A stretch of DNA of 64,000 nt from Nannocystis bainbridge (GTDB lineage: Bacteria; Myxococcota_A; Polyangia; Nannocystales; Nannocystaceae), in contig NZ_JAQNDL010000001.1 of NCBI RefSeq assembly GCF_028368995.1, positions 2,848,001 to 2,912,000 of the forward strand. The letters run 5' to 3'. Each line of letters starts with the position of its first letter. Positions within the stretch are counted from its first letter, which is position 1. Below the pieces are notes generated by a model. The model saw only the letters and a program-made list of their open reading frames with translations. It did no database searches and was not told the DNA's origin. The position numbers and the translations under genes are program-made. Below, one piece after another: positions 58,482-64,000 of this stretch.

Positions 58482-59206
58482 CGCACCCCCGGCGGCAGCC
58501 GCCGCAGCTCGCGCTTGCTGATCTGCCGCTTCGCCGTCGCGTAGCGGTCCCAGTACCCGTACTGCTGGTTCAGCTCCCAGCCGCGCTGCCACATCGTCCC
58601 GAGCTTGCGCAGATCGCCGAGCAGCAGGTCGTGGACCTCGCGTTCCGGCTCGCTCGGCAGCGGCGACAGGGTGATGCGGTACCACTGCCCGTCGATCTTG
58701 CGGTACTGCGCCTCGCGGTCGATCAGCACCACCTCGATCTCGGGCGGCGGGGCCGCCGGCCCCGGCACGAACGGCAACTTCTTCAGCAGGCCCGAGTCGG
58801 GGCACACGTACACCTCCGCCCGCCGCCAGCCGTGGCCGATCGGCCGCACGCCCCACGAGCCGTGCTCGTACAGGCTGTCGCCGATCTTCACCACGTTGGT
58901 GTAGACCATGTCGCGCAGGTGGTCGAGCACGTGCTTCTGCACCGCGCTCGTCACCCGCAGGTGCGCGGCGATCTCCGAGTGGACGGCGTCCCACCGGCGA
59001 CCGACCCGGCTGAGCAGGAACCGGTGCAGCGGCGCCAGATTCTCGCTGAGGTACTTCGAGCGCCGATGTCGCTCCTTGATCGGCTCGACGTACGCGGCGG
59101 TCTCCGGCTCGGCGCGGCGGCGCATCGCCGCCCGTCCCCCTCCCTTGCCCCAAGCGCCGCCGCGGCGCGGCCGCTCGATAATCACTTCATACATGTCCCA
59201 ACGCAT
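58478..59206 (-). CDS. Conserved hypothetical basic protein, first gene of the rtcB-prfH operon
   Basis: MRWDMYEVIIERPR..LSENLAPLHRFLLSRVGRRWDAVHSEI..HVLDHL..YVCPDSGLL; stop overlaps the rtcB start. Confidence 0.8.
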   Translation of the reverse strand: MRWDMYEVIIERPRRGGAWGKGGGRAAMRRRAEPETAAYVEPIKERHRRSKYLSENLAPLHRFLLSRVGRRWDAVHSEIAAHLRVTSAVQKHVLDHLRDMVYTNVVKIGDSLYEHGSWGVRPIGHGWRRAEVYVCPDSGLLKKLPFVPGPAAPPPEIEVVLIDREAQYRKIDGQWYRITLSPLPSEPEREVHDLLLGDLRKLGTMWQRGWELNQQYGYWDRYATAKRQISKRELRRLPPGVR

Positions 59207-59740
59207 TCAACACCTCGCCTCTCCGCCCTCGCGGGCGATGGGGTCGATCTCACAGAAATCACAGCAGTTCGAATTGCCCATGGTGGTATTCTCGACACAC
59301 GACAATGCCCGGGGCACGCGCGGCGACGCTGCCCCCATTCGCCGCAATGGCGAATGAACAATGGGAGGCCTCCGCCGCCGCGTCAGGCCGGCCCGCGGGG
59401 GCGAGGCGAGGCCGCGACGCGCGAAGACGTCGCAGCCTCACCTCGCCCCGCGCGGGCCCTCGCTGGTGGGCTCGAGGCGCCCAGAGCGGCCGGAAACGGC
59501 CTTCTGGGCCCCAGGAGCGGCGTCCGGCAGCACGCGCGGGCGTCGTCACGAGGACGGCGCGGACGGCGGGTCGCGTCGCCTACGACGGCAGACGCACACC
59601 TCACCGCCTTGCGGCGTGAAGTCCCTCGGCGTCCGAGATCGGACTGCGCGAAGGCGAACGGACGCGGCCAGCGGGCCTGCGTTCGAGCGGATGTGGCTCA
59701 GTGGCGAGACATGACACGAACCGCCTGGTGAGAGGCGATG
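59207..59740 (-). ncRNA. Candidate large structured leader RNA
   Basis: Several hairpins with GCAA or GCGA tetraloops or a UUCG-containing loop; G.U pairs favour the minus strand; no credible long CDS. Confidence 0.55.
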
Positions 59741-59745
59741 GGCAC

Positions 59746-59774
59746 TCTATACGGTACGACCTCGGCGGCGTCAA
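59746..59774 (-). promoter_or_regulatory. Sigma70-like promoter of the rtcB-prfH operon
   Basis: TTGACG (59774-59769), 17-nt spacer, TATAGA (59751-59746). Confidence 0.65.
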
Positions 59775-59795
59775 GCGCCATTGCGATCGGTCGCA

Positions 59796-61286
<1,491 letters not shown>

Positions 61287-61289
61287 GCC

Positions 61290-62654
61290 TCACTGAGGCC
61301 GGAAGATCACGGGGAACTCGAAGTTCGAGTTGTCGCCGTTGCCGAGGATCGCGTCCTTGCCCTGGCAATCAGGGGCCTGGTTCGAGAGGCAGTAGTCGAT
61401 GCTCCACTGGACCACGAACGGGCGCGTCTTGAACTCGTCCGGGACGACGTCGCCTTTCGCCCACATTTCGTGCGCAAACCCGGTCTTCGGCGTGCCCATC
61501 AGGGGCAGGAGCGAGCACTGAATCGCCTTGTCGCCGTCGGGCTCGTTGCCGTCGGCCACCAGCGGGCACAGCCCGAAGCAGCCGTCCTTGTCGGACTTGC
61601 AGTCGCCGGTGCCGAACGGCGACATCGACACGCGGTAGAGGAAGCCGAAGAAGCACGAATCGCCGCAGCTGGCCTTCTTCACCTCGAAGCGCGGGTCGGC
61701 GTCGCCGTCGAAGCGCAGCGGCTGGTCGGGGTCGAAGCCGATCAGCATCGGCTCGAGCGCGTTGTTCGTCTCGCCGCTGTGGTTGCCGACGATCGCGTAG
61801 GCCTTCGGCGCCTGCTGGGTCTGCTTGGCGCAGTACGGCGCGAACACCTTCACGCCCGACTGCTCGGCGGCCACGATCCAGGCCCAATTGCCGTACCGCG
61901 ATTCGCCGATCGTCCCGGTGATCTCGCAGCTCTTCGCGTCGACTCCGAGGCCGGCGGGCACCTTGCCGTCGCCGGTCCCGGCCGGCGTGGCGCAGGTGAT
62001 CGGCGAGCCGTCGCCGCCGGTGATGTAGTCGAGGATCGTCTTGTCGCTGTCCGCCGCCACGCACGGGCCGTCGGCCGCGAGCGCGTCGTAGTCGACCGTG
62101 AGCTGGTCGCCGATCGTCAGCGCCGGACAGCTGGCCACGGCCACGTGGTCCTCGAGGTCGGTGACGGTGAGCTCGACGACGAACTCGCCGGTCATGGTCG
62201 GCACGCCGGAGATCTCGCCGTTGGCGGCGTTGATGGCGAGGCCGTCGGGCAGGCCCGAGGCGGACCAGGTGTACTTCGGCACGCCGCCCGAGGCGGTCGG
62301 CTGGTGCTCGTACTCGGCCCCCTGCGCGCCCTTCGGCAGCGCCCCGCAGTCGACGACCAGCGCCGGCGGCGGCTCGTCGGTGGTCGCCGTCGTGGTCGTC
62401 GGCGCGTCGGTGGTGGCGGGGTTCGTGGTCGTCGTCGGCGCGTCGGTCGACGACGATGTCGGGTCCGCGTCGGTGGTGGTCGCCGGCGGCTCGGTGGTCT
62501 GGGTCGCGGAGCCGACGTAGCTCCCACCTCCCGCAGCGTCGTCGTCGCCGCACGCCGTCGACAGCGCCGACATGCCGAGCACGAGCATCCACGTCCATCC
62601 GGGCCCGGAGAGTCGCACTCTCCGCTCGCGGCCTTCACTGGCGAACCGCCTCAT
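61290..62654 (-). CDS. Lipoprotein with a putative Ig (He_PIG) domain and a Cys-rich C-terminus
   Basis: Lipobox STAC; Thr-rich linker; ASGG..YTWSASGLPDGLAIN..GEISGVPT. Confidence 0.8.
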   Translation of the reverse strand: MRRFASEGRERRVRLSGPGWTWMLVLGMSALSTACGDDDAAGGGSYVGSATQTTEPPATTTDADPTSSSTDAPTTTTNPATTDAPTTTTATTDEPPPALVVDCGALPKGAQGAEYEHQPTASGGVPKYTWSASGLPDGLAINAANGEISGVPTMTGEFVVELTVTDLEDHVAVASCPALTIGDQLTVDYDALAADGPCVAADSDKTILDYITGGDGSPITCATPAGTGDGKVPAGLGVDAKSCEITGTIGESRYGNWAWIVAAEQSGVKVFAPYCAKQTQQAPKAYAIVGNHSGETNNALEPMLIGFDPDQPLRFDGDADPRFEVKKASCGDSCFFGFLYRVSMSPFGTGDCKSDKDGCFGLCPLVADGNEPDGDKAIQCSLLPLMGTPKTGFAHEMWAKGDVVPDEFKTRPFVVQWSIDYCLSNQAPDCQGKDAILGNGDNSNFEFPVIFRPQ

Positions 62655-62843
62655 CGTCCGATCTCCTCTTAGTTCAAAAGCCCGCCAATCGGGCCCGCCG
62701 AGCATAGCACCTCGCCGCCGCCGCCCTCGGGGAATTTCTTCCGTACGTCGTCCACCGCGGCCCGGACCCGCGACGGGGAGCCGCGGGGAAATCCGGTCCG
62801 CCGCGGTCGGTCGGCCGGCCTCGCGCTACGCTACGGTCCTCCC

Positions 62844-63350
62844 GTGAGCTTGTGGCAGCACCTCTGGCCCCCGCGACCGCGTCGCCTCGAACGACTGTCC
62901 GACATCCTGGGCACGGGGCGTGACGAGCTCGTCACCTTCAGCGGCAGCGTCGAACCGCTCGAGGCGATCCACGATCCCGTCAGCGGCGAGGCCGCGGTCG
63001 CCATCGACTACCGCGCCTTCCCGCCGCACAGCGTCGTCGGGGTCGCCGGCGCGCTCAGCGTCATCTCGCGGACGCTTCAGGTCGCGCGCCAGCAGGCCGT
63101 CGACTTCCTGGTCGCCGAGGGTCCGCACCGCGTCCTCGTCTGCGTCGACCGAGGCACCGACCTCGACAATTTCCACCGCGAATTGCTGACCCGCCACGGC
63201 GTCGGCCTCCGCACCGAACGATCCCTGGTGGCCCCCGGCGCCCGCGTATGCGTGATCGGCCGCCGGCTCGCTGCCCGTCCCACGTCCCCGCTGCGCGACG
63301 AACCCTACCTCGCGGTCGTGCGAGCGCAGCGGTTCTGGCCGCTCGCGTAG
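62844..63350 (+). CDS. Hypothetical protein
   Basis: 168-aa ORF with a plausible globular composition. Confidence 0.6.
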   Translation: MSLWQHLWPPRPRRLERLSDILGTGRDELVTFSGSVEPLEAIHDPVSGEAAVAIDYRAFPPHSVVGVAGALSVISRTLQVARQQAVDFLVAEGPHRVLVCVDRGTDLDNFHRELLTRHGVGLRTERSLVAPGARVCVIGRRLAARPTSPLRDEPYLAVVRAQRFWPLA

Positions 63351-63689
63351 GCGTAGGCGTAGGCGGGACGTCGACCTCGGCGGACGTCGCACGGACGAGC
63401 GGCCTCTGCCGCGCGGCGCGAGTGAGGTCACGGCATCCGTGCGACCTGCTCGACCGGCCTGCGAATCAACGCCTGCGAGCTCGGTTTCCTCGCGACCTCG
63501 CCTGCGCCGCATGCCTCGCGTCCGCGGATCTTCGACTTGAAGCACTCGCATCCGCGCGACCCCACGAGCATGCCCGCGACCCGAACCATCGACCCGCTCG
63601 CGTGACGACAAAAATGCCCGCGCTCGCATCGGCTCGGCCGCACGAGCCATCCGCGACCGGGACTGCTTCGCATGCAGCCGCGACCTCGC

Positions 63690-63905
63690 GACATCGTCAC
63701 GCCCCACGCTCGTCGCCACGCCTCACGTCTGCGACCTCGTCGCTTCGACGCGCACACGCTCGTCGTCACGCCCCACGAGCACATCGCGGCCTCGCGCCGT
63801 CGACACACATACGCGTCGTCACGACCTCACGAGCACGTCGCGGCCTCGCAACGACGACACGCGCACGCGTCGTCACGACCTCACGAGCACGTCTGCGACT
63901 TCGAA
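63690..63905. repeat. Degenerate ~54-bp tandem repeat
   Basis: acgcgtcgtcacgacctcacgagcacgtc at 63811 and 63865, with variants near 63756 and 63693. Confidence 0.7.
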
Positions 63906-64000
63906 CCACGACCGACGCGCGACCACGGATCTCCGCCGAGCCTCGCGCACTCCCGCGTCCTGCCCTCGCGTCGCACACGCAACGGCGTACCGTCACGTCT

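Noticed and set aside
57294-59153. 619-aa RtcB and 383-aa PrfH with long N-terminal extensions
   Set aside because: The extensions are alternative frames of the upstream genes; ATGA overlaps define the shorter starts.
59690-59730. GGTTCG as a tRNA or Y RNA T-arm
   Set aside because: No cloverleaf or complete T-loop consensus could be built.

Overview
This is very GC-rich bacterial chromosomal DNA, most likely from a myxobacterium of the Nannocystis type. That call is inferred from the many Thr-rich lipoproteins, myxobacterial Cys-rich repeats, a fibro-slime domain, a CarF-like desaturase and a Ser/Thr kinase. It holds about 55 genes, a mix of housekeeping (pyrF, dusB, mobA, ndh, AlkB, GST, crotonase) and accessory genes. 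I found no rRNA, tRNA, CRISPR array or transposase. The strongest unexplained signal is non-genic: about 30 loci carry arrays of a palindromic decamer (consensus GGACATGTCC) with 4-bp variable spacers, giving a near-constant 14-bp period. Most arrays start within a few bases of a stop codon, some lie inside coding linkers, and some supply start codons. Other candidates: (1) a splicease-like radical SAM/SPASM enzyme facing a lipoprotein with four EP[ED]YGVP motifs; (2) a ~530-nt structured leader with a Cys-rich uORF ahead of a hypothetical-rtcB-prfH operon; (3) a SIR2-like/STAND ATPase gene pair; (4) an animal-type TIL domain in an AT-richer patch; (5) a lipoprotein toxin/immunity-like pair; (6) many apparently leaderless genes. 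Product calls come from motif recognition by eye, not database searches.
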